Part shown: one piece after another, positions 28,901-38,479 of the stretch
Position numbering within the stretch: the stretch's first letter is position 1
Layout: each line of letters starts with the position of its first letter
DNA from: an uncultured Planctomicrobium sp.
GTDB lineage: Bacteria; Planctomycetota; Planctomycetia; Planctomycetales; Planctomycetaceae
NCBI GenBank assembly: GCA_937916275.1
Contig: CALFTD010000318.1
Coordinates: 27,446-91,445 of the forward strand
Length of the DNA: 64,000 bases
Direction of reading: 5' to 3'
Translations under genes and position numbers: made by a program
Notes under the pieces: model-generated
What the model was told of the DNA's origin: nothing
What the model saw: the letters and a program-made list of their open reading frames with translations, nothing else
Databases searched by the model: none

Positions 28901-31012
28901 ATGAGCCAGACAAATTATTTCGATCGGGAACTGAGTTGGTTAGAATTTAATCAACGGGTTTTGAATGAGGCTCATAATAAGAGTGTTCCTCTGCTGGAAA
29001 GGTTAAAATTCCTCGCTATTACGAGTTCGAATCTGGATGAGTTTTTCCGGGTGCGCGTCGGAGCATTGACGCGACTTATTGAATCAGACGCAGCGAAGAA
29101 AGCACCTTCAGGTCTGACGCCTACCGAGCAGTTGGCGGCTGTTCAAGCTCGAATCAAAAAGATGGTCGAAGAGCAATACGACTGCCTCTTGAACGAGATC
29201 GCTCCGATATTGCTTGAACATGAGATTCGTCAGCTGACTGAGGATGAACTGAATTCGACTCAAAAAATGATGTTGAAGCAGGTCTTCGAAACGGAGATCC
29301 TGTCAGTCTTAACGCCGATGTCAGTCGGAGAAGGAGTTCAGTTTCCATTGTTGGCGAATCAGATCCTTAATCTTTGTATTCGCCTCGCTCCGCGACCATT
29401 TGAATCCAATTCGGAAAACACGACAGATCGATTCGCTGTGATTCCTTTTGGGAGAACACTCTCACGTTTTTATTCCTTACCTTCCGAGTCTGGATTTGCC
29501 TACATGCCTTTGGAGGACATTGTTTGCATGTTCATCCATGAATTTTTTCCAGGTGAAGAGGTTCTTGAGTTTTGCCCGTTTCGATTGACTCGCAATGCGG
29601 AAGTTGAAGTGCAGGAGTTCACTCCGCAAGGGTTGGCAGTGAATATGGCAGAAGTCATTCTCGCGCGAACCGAAGCCGACTGTTTGCGTCTGGAAGTGCA
29701 TGAGAGCGTCTCAAATGAACTCGTCGAATTTATGAAATCCGAAGTTCAGGTCACTGATGAGCAGATTCATCGAGTTCCGGGACCAGTCGATTTGGGAGCC
29801 TTTATGGAACTCGCAGGTCGTAGGGGATTCGAAAATTTGAAGTATGAACCTTGGCCGCCTGTGAGATCGCCTGAAGTTCCGGCGGAAGAATTGTTATTCG
29901 ATTCAATTGCGGAAAAAGACATCCTGCTGTTTCACCCATATGAAAGCTTTGAACCAGTCGTTCGGTTTGTAGAAGAAGCTGCGGAAGATCCTGATGTGAT
30001 TGCAATCAAACAGACGTTGTACCGCATCAGCAGGGACAGTCGCATTGTTCGTGCTTTAAAGCGAGCAGTCGATAACGGCAAACATGTGACCGTTTTATTA
30101 GAACTTAAAGCCCGCTTCGATGAAGAACGCAACCTGAAGCAAGCGCGCGAACTCGAAGCGATCGGAGCTCAAGTAATTCATGGAGTGAAAGGACTTAAAA
30201 CGCACGCCAAGGTTTGTATTGTCGTCAGGCGTGAACCGGGCGGAGTGCAGCGATACGTCCATTTTGGAACGGGTAACTACAACGAATCAACAGCGAAGCT
30301 TTACAGCGACGCCTCATTACTCTCATGCAATGAAGAACTCGGTGCCGATGCGATTGCCTTCTTCAATTCCATCGCTGGCGATTCACAACCACCGCAAAAC
30401 TATCGCAAACTCGAATCAGCACCATTGCGATTAAGATCGGAATTGATTGAGCTGATTCAAGCTGAAGTGAAACGAGCTAAAGCTGGCAATGAAGCCAAAA
30501 TTATGGTCAAGGTCAATGCTCTGACAGACACAGCTTTAATTGATACTCTTTATTCGGCTTCGCAAGCGGGTGTCAAAATATTTTTGAACATTCGTGGCAT
30601 CTGCTGTTTGAAACCTGGGGTTCCGGGGCTGAGTGAAAACATTCGAGTAACAAGCATCGTCGACCGTTTTCTCGAACATGCTCGTGTGATTTACTTACAC
30701 CATGGTGGCGATCCTCAAGTTTACATTTCGAGCGCCGATTGGATGCCGCGAAATTTAGATCAGCGAAAAGAACTATTGGTTCCGATTACAGATTCGAAAT
30801 GTCGCAGACAGTTGATACACATTCTCGATTCATTCCGTAAAGATAATACGAATGCATCCCATCTTCACCCTGATGGCACTTACTCCAAGAAAGTACTTGG
30901 AGTGGATGAGGAACCGTTTCGTGCGCAAGAAACACTTTACGAAGAAGCACGGATTGCTACAAATCGGATTGCGAAGAAACAGCGCACGATGTTTGAACCG
31001 CATCATTTTTAA
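28901..31012 (+). CDS. ppk1: polyphosphate kinase 1
   Basis: MSQTNYFDRELSWLEFNQRVLNEA matches the canonical PPK1 N-terminus. The PLD-like HAK motif (LKTHAKVCIV) is present. The ORF-track GTG at 28871 is probably upstream of the true start. Confidence 0.95.
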   Translation: MSQTNYFDRELSWLEFNQRVLNEAHNKSVPLLERLKFLAITSSNLDEFFRVRVGALTRLIESDAAKKAPSGLTPTEQLAAVQARIKKMVEEQYDCLLNEIAPILLEHEIRQLTEDELNSTQKMMLKQVFETEILSVLTPMSVGEGVQFPLLANQILNLCIRLAPRPFESNSENTTDRFAVIPFGRTLSRFYSLPSESGFAYMPLEDIVCMFIHEFFPGEEVLEFCPFRLTRNAEVEVQEFTPQGLAVNMAEVILARTEADCLRLEVHESVSNELVEFMKSEVQVTDEQIHRVPGPVDLGAFMELAGRRGFENLKYEPWPPVRSPEVPAEELLFDSIAEKDILLFHPYESFEPVVRFVEEAAEDPDVIAIKQTLYRISRDSRIVRALKRAVDNGKHVTVLLELKARFDEERNLKQARELEAIGAQVIHGVKGLKTHAKVCIVVRREPGGVQRYVHFGTGNYNESTAKLYSDASLLSCNEELGADAIAFFNSIAGDSQPPQNYRKLESAPLRLRSELIELIQAEVKRAKAGNEAKIMVKVNALTDTALIDTLYSASQAGVKIFLNIRGICCLKPGVPGLSENIRVTSIVDRFLEHARVIYLHHGGDPQVYISSADWMPRNLDQRKELLVPITDSKCRRQLIHILDSFRKDNTNASHLHPDGTYSKKVLGVDEEPFRAQETLYEEARIATNRIAKKQRTMFEPHHF

Positions 31013-31022
31013 GATTTGCTTC

Positions 31023-31051
31023 TTTGTCTCACACATGAAGTGTGAGGCAAA
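31023..31051. repeat. GTTTAGC-family hairpin, divergent copy
   Basis: tttgtctcacac-atgaa-gtgtgaggcaaa forms a 12-bp stem including one G-T pair. It begins 11 nt after the ppk1 stop. Confidence 0.7.
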
Positions 31052-31093
31052 ACAAGATTTCTGATTTAACGTACTTTAGTATTGATTGATTTC

Positions 31094-32350
31094 ATGAGTG
31101 AATTGCAAGAATACACCTCGAAAGTCGCCCGACAAGCGAAAGCTGCATCACGCGCTTTAGGAGTCGCCACGGGCAATCAGAAAAACAACTGGCTTAAGAA
31201 GTCCGCTGAACGTATTCGCGAACGTGCGAGTCACCTCATCGAAGAGAACAAAAAAGATCTGGAAAAGGCACCTGAGTACGGACAGACAGACGCTCAGATT
31301 GACCGTCTTCGATTAACTGAAGAACGACTGGAAGGGATTGCCGCTGCTCTCGAAGAAGTCGCGCTTTTGCCAGACCCGATTGGCGAAGTCATCGGCAGCA
31401 ATCCACGTCCCAATGGGCTGATGGTCACACAGGTTCGTGTTCCTCTGGGCGTTGTTTTCTTTATTTATGAATCACGTCCCAATGTGACCGCTGATGCAGC
31501 TGCTTTGTGCGTTAAAAGTGGAAACGCAGTTATCTTACGCGGCGGGAAAGAAGCCTTTCACAGTAATATTGCAATCTATAAATTGCTCTCAGAGACATTG
31601 AAAGAAGAAGGACTCCCCGAACACGCGGTGCAACTTGTCGAGACGACTGACCGTGAAGCTGTTGGACATTTCCTGAAGATGGACGAGTATATCGATGTCA
31701 CTATTCCAAGAGGTGGAAAGTCACTGATCGAACGTGTTTCCAGCGAAGCGACCATGCCTGTCATCAAGCACTTTGATGGAGTCTGTCACGTCTATGTTGA
31801 TGACTCCGCTGATCTGGAGATGGCAAAACAAATCCTCGTGAACAGCAAATGTCACCGCACAGGGGTCTGCAACGCTGCTGAATCGTTTCTAGTTCACTCT
31901 GCCATTGCAGACAAGTTCCTGCCGATCGCAGGCGAGGCGCTTGGCGAACAAGGTGTCGAAATCAGGGGAGACGAGAAAGTACGCGCGTCAATACCCGCTG
32001 CCATCGCTGCCAGTGAAGAAGATTATCGCACCGAATATCTCGCATTAAAAATCTCAGCCAAGGTGGTCGATACCATCGACGCGGCAATAGAGCACATCAA
32101 CGAATACGGCTCGCATCACACCGATGTTATCGTCACTTCAGACTATGCAGCGTCTCGCAAATTCACAGGGATGATCGATTCATCAGCCGTGATCATCAAT
32201 GCCAGTACACGCTTCAATGATGGCGGAGAATTCGGACTCGGTGCGGAGATCGGCATCAGCACAGATAAGTTCCACGCCCGCGGACCATGCGGACTAAAAG
32301 AACTGACCAGCTACAAATATATCGCCTACGGTAATGGACAAATTCGGTAA
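31094..32350 (+). CDS. proA: glutamate-5-semialdehyde dehydrogenase
   Basis: Full-length resemblance to ProA, including [13 protein letters not shown] and the catalytic-Cys context TGVCNAAE. The ATG at 31094 is preferred over the track's TTG at 31082. Confidence 0.95.
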   Translation: MSELQEYTSKVARQAKAASRALGVATGNQKNNWLKKSAERIRERASHLIEENKKDLEKAPEYGQTDAQIDRLRLTEERLEGIAAALEEVALLPDPIGEVIGSNPRPNGLMVTQVRVPLGVVFFIYESRPNVTADAAALCVKSGNAVILRGGKEAFHSNIAIYKLLSETLKEEGLPEHAVQLVETTDREAVGHFLKMDEYIDVTIPRGGKSLIERVSSEATMPVIKHFDGVCHVYVDDSADLEMAKQILVNSKCHRTGVCNAAESFLVHSAIADKFLPIAGEALGEQGVEIRGDEKVRASIPAAIAASEEDYRTEYLALKISAKVVDTIDAAIEHINEYGSHHTDVIVTSDYAASRKFTGMIDSSAVIINASTRFNDGGEFGLGAEIGISTDKFHARGPCGLKELTSYKYIAYGNGQIR

Positions 32351-32461
32351 CCTGATCTTGGTCATCTAAACTGATAGAACTGACTGCCTTGCAAGCAAGT
32401 CAATAATCTTCCAAACTTAACGCTTTCAAGTGTAAGTTTTCTGTTTGTGGAGATAATTATA

Positions 32462-32956
32462 ATGGCTTTCTTCAGTAAGTTTTTTGGAAATTCTGATTCG
32501 GACTCAGACGATGACAATCCAATCGCATGGTTCAAGGGTGAAGACCCGGGGATGCAGAAGGCGATTGAGCTTGCTCAACAGAACTATCCCAAGTTTGCCA
32601 GCGCTGTCAAAAAAGATGCTCAACGAATCGTCCCCGCCGCCGAAGCAACTCTCATGAAGTATGCGTTTCCCGCTCAGAAACGAGGAGTGGAAGTTGAGCA
32701 TATGTTTTTAGGCGACATCTATTTCGACGGTGAGAACATTGTCGGCACACTCGCCAGTGAGCCGATGTATACCCGCAAGGTGAAAGAAGGAGACGAAGTT
32801 ATTGTCAATCCAGAAAGGGTGACCGATTGGGTAATCGTGATCGACGGCAAATGCCACGGCGGATACACATTCAAATTTATGTGGAAGAACTTCTCAAAAG
32901 AAGAACGTCGCATGTACGCGGAGCATCCACCTTTTGAGTGGATGGATTTGGATTGA
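32462..32956 (+). CDS. DUF2314-like protein
   Basis: About 164 aa from ATG 32462. The ..VEHMFLGDIYFDGENIVGTLASEP.. pattern resembles DUF2314 (YegJ-like). Confidence 0.45.
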   Translation: MAFFSKFFGNSDSDSDDDNPIAWFKGEDPGMQKAIELAQQNYPKFASAVKKDAQRIVPAAEATLMKYAFPAQKRGVEVEHMFLGDIYFDGENIVGTLASEPMYTRKVKEGDEVIVNPERVTDWVIVIDGKCHGGYTFKFMWKNFSKEERRMYAEHPPFEWMDLD

Positions 32957-33010
32957 TTTCTAAGGTCCGTTGTTTTAGCCAATCTATTGAGCTTCACCAC
33001 AACTAATCAT

Positions 33011-33691
33011 TTATACGGGTGGTGCATCTGCCTTCTCTTCAGCGGCACTCCGTCGAATGTAGTGTGGTTCGACTGTCCACAAGTCATCGCTTTCCTGTCG
33101 CTGAACTTTCTGCTCACCGATCAATGCGATTTGAACAGCTTGGGGTGAGCGAAATTGCTCTTCTCCGAGATGTAGACCCGTTAGTCCTTCTTTCAGTTTA
33201 GTGACACCTGGTCCCGTCACGAGTTCACCTGCTGTGAGTATTTCTCGGAATTGTTCTAGTGAGATGAGGGCTGGCTGTTGTTGAGAGATCAGGTTGCCAT
33301 TCTCTAACTTGTATTTCCCGGCATAGACATCGCCTCTGAGTGCATCGTCGATCACCCAAATCGATTGGTCTATTTTAAGTTGGCTCGCTGCGATTGCCTC
33401 GAAGGTATCAACTGCGATCAGTGGTTTCTTAAGAGCGTAAGCGAGGGTTTTGGCGCAGACGACTCCGACTCTTAGACCTGTAAAGCTTCCCGGTCCGATG
33501 CTGACTGTGATTCCATCGAGGTCAGTCAGCTTGAGGTTGAGGTGTTGCAGCAATTGACCTATCTCCGGCACCAATGTACGGGCGTGACGGCGACCTGTTG
33601 CAGAGAGTTCTGTCCCTGCGAGTTCCGATTCATCTTCTACGACAGAGATCGTGCCCGAGCGACCAGAAGTTTCGATTCCGAGGATTTTCAT
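33011..33691 (-). CDS. tsaB: tRNA t6A37 threonylcarbamoyl-transfer complex protein TsaB
   Basis: 226-aa ORF with the MKILGIETSGRSGTISV N-terminus and the GPGSFTGLRVG motif typical of TsaB/YeaZ. Confidence 0.85.
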   Translation of the reverse strand: MKILGIETSGRSGTISVVEDESELAGTELSATGRRHARTLVPEIGQLLQHLNLKLTDLDGITVSIGPGSFTGLRVGVVCAKTLAYALKKPLIAVDTFEAIAASQLKIDQSIWVIDDALRGDVYAGKYKLENGNLISQQQPALISLEQFREILTAGELVTGPGVTKLKEGLTGLHLGEEQFRSPQAVQIALIGEQKVQRQESDDLWTVEPHYIRRSAAEEKADAPPV

Positions 33692-33753
33692 TAAATCAGA
33701 TGGCTTTGACTTATAAGTTCTTGAAACTAATTATGATCAATCGGGTGTTGATT

Positions 33754-33780
33754 TTTCACCCTTGCCCCTCGATCCCTAGC
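33754..33780 (-). repeat. 27-nt conserved intergenic motif, copy 2
   Basis: Identical to 4381-4407. It lies about 60 nt upstream of the tsaB start codon on the same (minus) strand. Confidence 0.85.
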
Positions 33781-33860
33781 GCCTTGACCAGCGACCTCAG
33801 ATGACTCTCCCTTTTTTAACAGATACAATCCTTAGGTCGCTTTGAGAGTTATAGCAAATT

Positions 33861-33895
33861 TCTCGGTTAATGGTCTCGGTTATTCCCGGTCAATG
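33861..33895 (+). repeat. 13-bp tandem direct repeat (about 2.7 copies) in a divergent promoter region
   Basis: tctcggttaatgg tctcggttattcc cggtcaatg, lying about 95 nt upstream of the halogenase-like gene start. Confidence 0.7.
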
Positions 33896-33989
33896 TAAAT
33901 ATGGTTGCACATCAGTTACTCAATTGTGGACCTTTTTGCAGAATTGGCTATCATCGGTAGGTTCGAATTTTTAACAATTGTTGCACATT

Positions 33990-35285
33990 ATGATACAGGC
34001 AAATTACCCCGCTGACAGTTCATTCTTGAGCCCGATCCTCGATAGCTACGATGTGGTTGTCATCGGTGGAGGCCCTGCCGGTGCGACTGTCTCTGCGTTG
34101 CTGGCAGAGCAGGGTCATTCGGTTGTTGTCCTGGAACGTGGCACCATTCCGCGTTTTCATGTTGGGGAATCTCTTATTCCGGAAACTTATTGGTCGCTGC
34201 AACGTTTGGGACTGATCGACAAGTTGAAAGCGAGTTCGTTTCCGAAAAAATTCAGTGTGCAGTTTGTTTCGGATGGCTGGAAGGAATCGGCTCCATTTTA
34301 TTTTGACATGCACAACTCGCATGAAAGCTCACAGACATGGCAAGTCGAGCGGGCAGACTTCGACAAAATGCTGCTCGACAATGCTGTTGAGAAAGGGGCT
34401 CAAGTTCGCATGAACGCCCAGGTGCTGGAAGTTCTATTCGAAGGCGAACGTGCAACCGGTGTGAAAGTAAAACTCAGCGATGGTTCAGGAAATTCGGAAT
34501 CAAAAGTCGTCAACGCGAAAGTGGTTGTTGATTGTTCGGGGACATCTGCCTTTCTTTCCAATCGCTTGAAATTAAGATCCTCGGATCCGCATCTTCTCAA
34601 AGGGACGATATGGACTTATTGGAAAGGTGCTTATCGGGATGAAGGTAAAGATGAGGGAGCGACTCTCATTATGCAGACAGAAGGAAAGAAGACTTGGTTC
34701 TGGTATATCCCTCTCAGTGATGATGTTGTCAGCGTCGGCTGCACCGGAGAGATGAGTTACATGTTCCCCAAAGGCTCGACTGCCGAATCAACATACCAGC
34801 GAGAACTAGAATGCTGCCCAGCTCTCGAAAAGCGGTTAGAAAATGCTGAACAGTGTATGGAGTATTACGCAACTAAGGACTACTCATATACATCGAAAGA
34901 GGCAGCTGGCGACGGTTGGGTGCTATGTGGCGACGCATTTGGCTTCATCGATCCTGTCTATTCATCGGGGGTTTATCTGGCGATGAAAGGTGGAGAGTTC
35001 GTGGCTGATGCGGTGCATGATGCACTCGCTTTAGGAGACACATCCGCTGCCCGACTTGGTGCCTGGAAGGAAACGTATTCCGCTGGCGTCGAGAACTTTC
35101 GCAAACTGGTTTACGCCTTCTACTCACCCGGCTTCAACTTTGGTTCGTTTCTAAGAGAGTATCCGCAATTCAAGTCGAATCTCGTTGACATTCTCATTGG
35201 GGCAGTCTTTAAGCCCGAGCACGATGCGATGTTCGAAGCCATGGGGGAAATTATCCCACCAATGGAAGAGGCTGAGTCTGCATGA
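33990..35285 (+). CDS. FAD-dependent oxidoreductase with flavin-dependent-halogenase signatures
   Basis: GxGxxG (VVIGGGPAGA), HVGESLIP, FPKKF, the WxWxIP motif (WFWYIP) and FxxPxxSxG (FIDPVYSSG). The ATG at 33990 is preferred over the TTG at 33978. Confidence 0.7.
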   Translation: MIQANYPADSSFLSPILDSYDVVVIGGGPAGATVSALLAEQGHSVVVLERGTIPRFHVGESLIPETYWSLQRLGLIDKLKASSFPKKFSVQFVSDGWKESAPFYFDMHNSHESSQTWQVERADFDKMLLDNAVEKGAQVRMNAQVLEVLFEGERATGVKVKLSDGSGNSESKVVNAKVVVDCSGTSAFLSNRLKLRSSDPHLLKGTIWTYWKGAYRDEGKDEGATLIMQTEGKKTWFWYIPLSDDVVSVGCTGEMSYMFPKGSTAESTYQRELECCPALEKRLENAEQCMEYYATKDYSYTSKEAAGDGWVLCGDAFGFIDPVYSSGVYLAMKGGEFVADAVHDALALGDTSAARLGAWKETYSAGVENFRKLVYAFYSPGFNFGSFLREYPQFKSNLVDILIGAVFKPEHDAMFEAMGEIIPPMEEAESA

Positions 35286-35360
35286 TTTGTAGTGGCTATC
35301 AGCTTCTCGCGAAGTTTGTCATAGTTCGGCATTCTTCACGATTAAAACAAGCTGCATGAC

Positions 35361-35987
35361 ATGAGTGTTCCCCGATTAAAGATTGAAGGTCCGAAACGAG
35401 CTAAGAAAGCCGTTGTCTTAACGCACGGCGCTGGCGAGAGTTCGGAATCTGCTTTTCTCAGCTACTTTGCTGAAGCTCTGGTGAAACTTCACTACAAAGT
35501 GATTCGCTTCGATTTTCCATACATGGAAGAACGTTCTTCGACGGGGCGAAAGCGACCACCAGACAAAGAAGTCATCTTGCGAGAGACATGGCTGGCAGTT
35601 CTGGATGAAGTGAAGCAAGAGAAAGTTGTCATCGGCGGGAAATCGATGGGCGGCAGGATCGCGAGCTTAATCGCTGACGAGTCGCGCGCCGACGGACTAC
35701 TCTGTCTTGGATATCCGTTTCATCCGACTGGAAAACCAGAGAAGTTACGAACGGAACATCTCGCAGAGTTAGAGACACCAACCTTGATTATTCAGGGTGA
35801 GAAGGATGTTTTCGGCACGAGAGAAGAAGTCGAAAGCTACCATCTCTCAGAGAATATTCGTGTCCACTGGGCGATTGATGGAGATCACAGCTTCCGCCCC
35901 AAACGAGGCAGTAATCGCACCTTCGAATCGAATATGAAGAACACCATGCGCGCGATTGAGAAGTTTCTCTTCGAACTCTGGGCGTGA
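35361..35987 (+). CDS. alpha/beta-fold hydrolase (KANL3/Tex30, COG3571-like)
   Basis: 208-aa ORF with nucleophile elbow GGKSMGGR and C-terminal IDGDHSF. Confidence 0.7.
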   Translation: MSVPRLKIEGPKRAKKAVVLTHGAGESSESAFLSYFAEALVKLHYKVIRFDFPYMEERSSTGRKRPPDKEVILRETWLAVLDEVKQEKVVIGGKSMGGRIASLIADESRADGLLCLGYPFHPTGKPEKLRTEHLAELETPTLIIQGEKDVFGTREEVESYHLSENIRVHWAIDGDHSFRPKRGSNRTFESNMKNTMRAIEKFLFELWA

Positions 35988-36006
35988 TAATGTCGATTTC
36001 GTTGAG

Positions 36007-36051
36007 CGTTTATCGTTGAGACAGAATCAGAAGGACTCTCAACGCTAAACG
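36007..36051. repeat. GTTTA-C...GCTAAAC hairpin between convergent genes (long-loop variant)
   Basis: cgtttatcgttgaga-(15 nt)-tctcaacgctaaacg forms a 15-position stem with one mismatch. The outer stem matches the GTTTAGC family. Confidence 0.7.
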
Positions 36052-36124
36052 GAATTTACAAACAACTCGCCGTGCGGAAGATGTCCACCACGCTACGCTT
36101 CTGGTATTCGGGAATGTCGACTAC

Positions 36125-36964
36125 TTAATACATCCGACTTGTTCGCAGTGCAGTCGAAGTAGACGAAGGTCGTGAGAACATTCCTTTTGCTGACTTCGCT
36201 GGTGCGAATTGTTCGAAGCTCTGGAGTTCGATTTTCGCTGGAGCTTCAACCTTTTCGGAAGCAGCGTTCTTCTGAGGAACTTTCACCCAGTTTTCCGCTT
36301 GCGGCTTAGCAGTCGTTTGTGGTGCGGGAACTGGTTTTGCGATTGGAGCTTGAGCAACTGTCGTCGGGGGAATCGTGCTGACTAATGGAGTTGGCATCGC
36401 GGAGAAGACATTGGACTGGCAACATGGCTTTCTCATCGCGATCGTCTGTGGTCGGTAAGCAATCGTCTGCTGCGGCACAATTCGAGTATGCACTTGTGGA
36501 ACATTCTCTACGACTTGATAAGGGACATCGCGGTACTGAACTTGCTTTTGAATGGTTGTTTGAGCCACGGTTTTGGTTGTCATCTTAGGAACCCAAACCA
36601 TTTTGTAACCGCCTTCATCAACAGTCACCTGCTTTTGTGTCGTCACCGGGACGTTCACTTGCACTGCTTCACGACGAACGTGAGTTCGCGTAACCGGTTG
36701 ATAAGTCGTGAACTGTTGCTGGCGATAAGTCGTTTGTACCTGAGGGCAATGTGAAACAACTGGAGGAGCCACATAAGGGACAAATGCCTGTCGCTTCGCC
36801 TGACACGTATTACAGCGACTCCGTGGAACACCGAACTGTGCATCTGCGGTCGATGGTAGAACGAAAACTAAAAGCAGCCAGAAGAAGTTGTAACGAACCA
36901 TGATCCCTATCCAATTCAAATTGCTCGCGCTCATCGCAGGCAAATACTTAGTAGTCTTCGCCAT
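36125..36964 (-). CDS. hypothetical secreted Q/T/V/P-rich protein
   Basis: 279-aa ORF. The internal ATG at 36899-36901 gives a better signal peptide (MVRYNFFWLLLVFVLPSTADA). The sequence has recurring ..V(Q/T)xxVxxPV(T/Q)T.. type segments. Confidence 0.45.
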   Translation of the reverse strand: MAKTTKYLPAMSASNLNWIGIMVRYNFFWLLLVFVLPSTADAQFGVPRSRCNTCQAKRQAFVPYVAPPVVSHCPQVQTTYRQQQFTTYQPVTRTHVRREAVQVNVPVTTQKQVTVDEGGYKMVWVPKMTTKTVAQTTIQKQVQYRDVPYQVVENVPQVHTRIVPQQTIAYRPQTIAMRKPCCQSNVFSAMPTPLVSTIPPTTVAQAPIAKPVPAPQTTAKPQAENWVKVPQKNAASEKVEAPAKIELQSFEQFAPAKSAKGMFSRPSSTSTALRTSRMY

Positions 36965-37045
36965 GGTCAGAGTTTTGAATTGAGAGGGAATATGCAGTTA
37001 ATTGTGAGTTCTGGAGACTTGGGTGGTTTCCACGGAATTTGATGA

Positions 37046-37927
37046 TTATGCGTGTGAAGCAGGAGCCGTCCCTTTCACAACAGGATTGGTCAGAGTTCCA
37101 ATGCCTGATATAGAAATCGAGACGATGTCGCCATCTTCCAGTGTAAAGTCATCGTCCGGAACGATTCCGGTTCCGGTGAGTAAGAAGGCTCCGTTTGGAA
37201 ATTCATCTTCCTTTCCCAACCAGTCCGCGAGCTCAGGAAGCTTGCGGTACAACTGTCCTAGATCAGTTGAGTCAGTGTGAACAGTTTCATTATTTCTCTT
37301 GATCTCAAGTTCGACTTTCGTCTCGACAAGATCGAGCTCTTCGGTTGCCAAAGTGATGACCGGTCCTAACGCACAGCACTGCCGATAGACTTTTGCTTGC
37401 GGAAGATAGAGCGGATTCTCGCCTTCAATATCGCGCGCCGACATATCATTGCCAATGGTGTAACCAACGATTTGCAGGCGTGAATTCAAGACCAAAGTGA
37501 ACTCTGGCTCAGGGACAGACCACTCGCTGTCGTAGCGAACCCGAACCGGATCACCCGGGTTGGAAATTCGGTTTGGAGTTGCCTTAAAGAAAATCTCTGG
37601 ACGGTCAGCGGTGTAGACCATGTCGTAGTGAGAAGCCCCTGCTTCTGATTCTTCCATTCTGGCGACTTGACTTCGCTTGTAGGTGACACCTGCTGCCCAT
37701 GTTTCCTGTTGATCGACGGGAGCAAGGAATTTTAGATCGGCGACATCGAGAGGTGGTTCATCGGAGACAAGCGAATTCGCTGTCGCTGAGGCGTCTTTCG
37801 AGTTCAAGATATCCGCTAGAGAATTGATCTCAGCAGACTTATTAAGATCGAGTAATTGAGCAGCGTCGCCTTCAATAATTGCGACTCGTATTTCTCCAGA
37901 ACCTGTCGATATTTTGGCGAGTTTCAT
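37046..37927 (-). CDS. fumarylacetoacetate hydrolase (FAH) family protein
   Basis: 293-aa ORF. The C-terminal FAH-fold region (..FKATPNR..IGNDMSARD..GTGIVPDDDF..GD) is recognisable. Confidence 0.75.
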   Translation of the reverse strand: MKLAKISTGSGEIRVAIIEGDAAQLLDLNKSAEINSLADILNSKDASATANSLVSDEPPLDVADLKFLAPVDQQETWAAGVTYKRSQVARMEESEAGASHYDMVYTADRPEIFFKATPNRISNPGDPVRVRYDSEWSVPEPEFTLVLNSRLQIVGYTIGNDMSARDIEGENPLYLPQAKVYRQCCALGPVITLATEELDLVETKVELEIKRNNETVHTDSTDLGQLYRKLPELADWLGKEDEFPNGAFLLTGTGIVPDDDFTLEDGDIVSISISGIGTLTNPVVKGTAPASHA

Positions 37928-37996
37928 CTCTCAGTCTTTCTGTATTTCAAATCTTCAGTGAACTTCATAGCGAATATGCGCGACGAGAAAATGATA

Positions 37997-38454
37997 TCAC
38001 CACGGAGGCACGGAGAACACTGAGGAGAAAACGATTGAAGAAATTTCGTGTCAGTTCACAGACTTAAAAGAATCGTAAGCGTTCACAACTTCTGATTAAA
38101 AAATGAACAGGAGGACGCGAAGGGAGCAGAGAATTAACTTGATCTAGACCTTCTTAATCACAAAGGTAAATAGCAGGGTTCTGCGCCCCCCCCCCCTGAA
38201 GGTCAATGTTTGATCAAGATACTAAGCTGTGGAAGTAATAAGTCTCAGAACCAATTCAAAAAACGTCCTCTGCTCTCTCTGATTCCTCCTGTTTAATCTT
38301 TTAGCTTGAACGGTTACAAAGAATCGACAGTTTCTTGACCACGAAAAGCACGAATCACGCGAAAGAAAAGAGACGGGATCAACATGCTGCTATACAGGAT
38401 AGAACGGGAAGTAAGATGAAATCTTATCTCCGTGCCTCTGCGTCTCCGTGGTGA
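37997..38454. repeat. composite intergenic repeat region A: nested inverted arrays of 9-bp-periodic words
   Basis: Outer pair: A1 37997-38031 tcaccacggaggcacggagaacactgaggagaaaa and A1' 38427-38454 (rc tcaccacggagacgcagaggcacggaga). Inner pair: A2 38106-38132 aacaggaggacgcgaagggagcagaga and A2' 38264-38294 (rc aaacaggaggaatcagagagagcagaggacg). An extra array A3 lies at 38337-38365. Confidence 0.8.
38186..38196 (+). repeat. C11 homopolymer tract
   Basis: ctgcg-ccccccccccc-tgaagg lies in the centre of repeat region A. Confidence 0.9.
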
Positions 38455-38479
38455 ATTTCTTTTACCGTTGCACCAGGTT

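Noticed and set aside
37879-38067. Short ORFs crossing the word arrays, for example ..TTEARRTLRRKR..
   Set aside because: The apparent peptides arise from translating the 9-bp periodic DNA words. There is no start context, and the arrays occur in both orientations.
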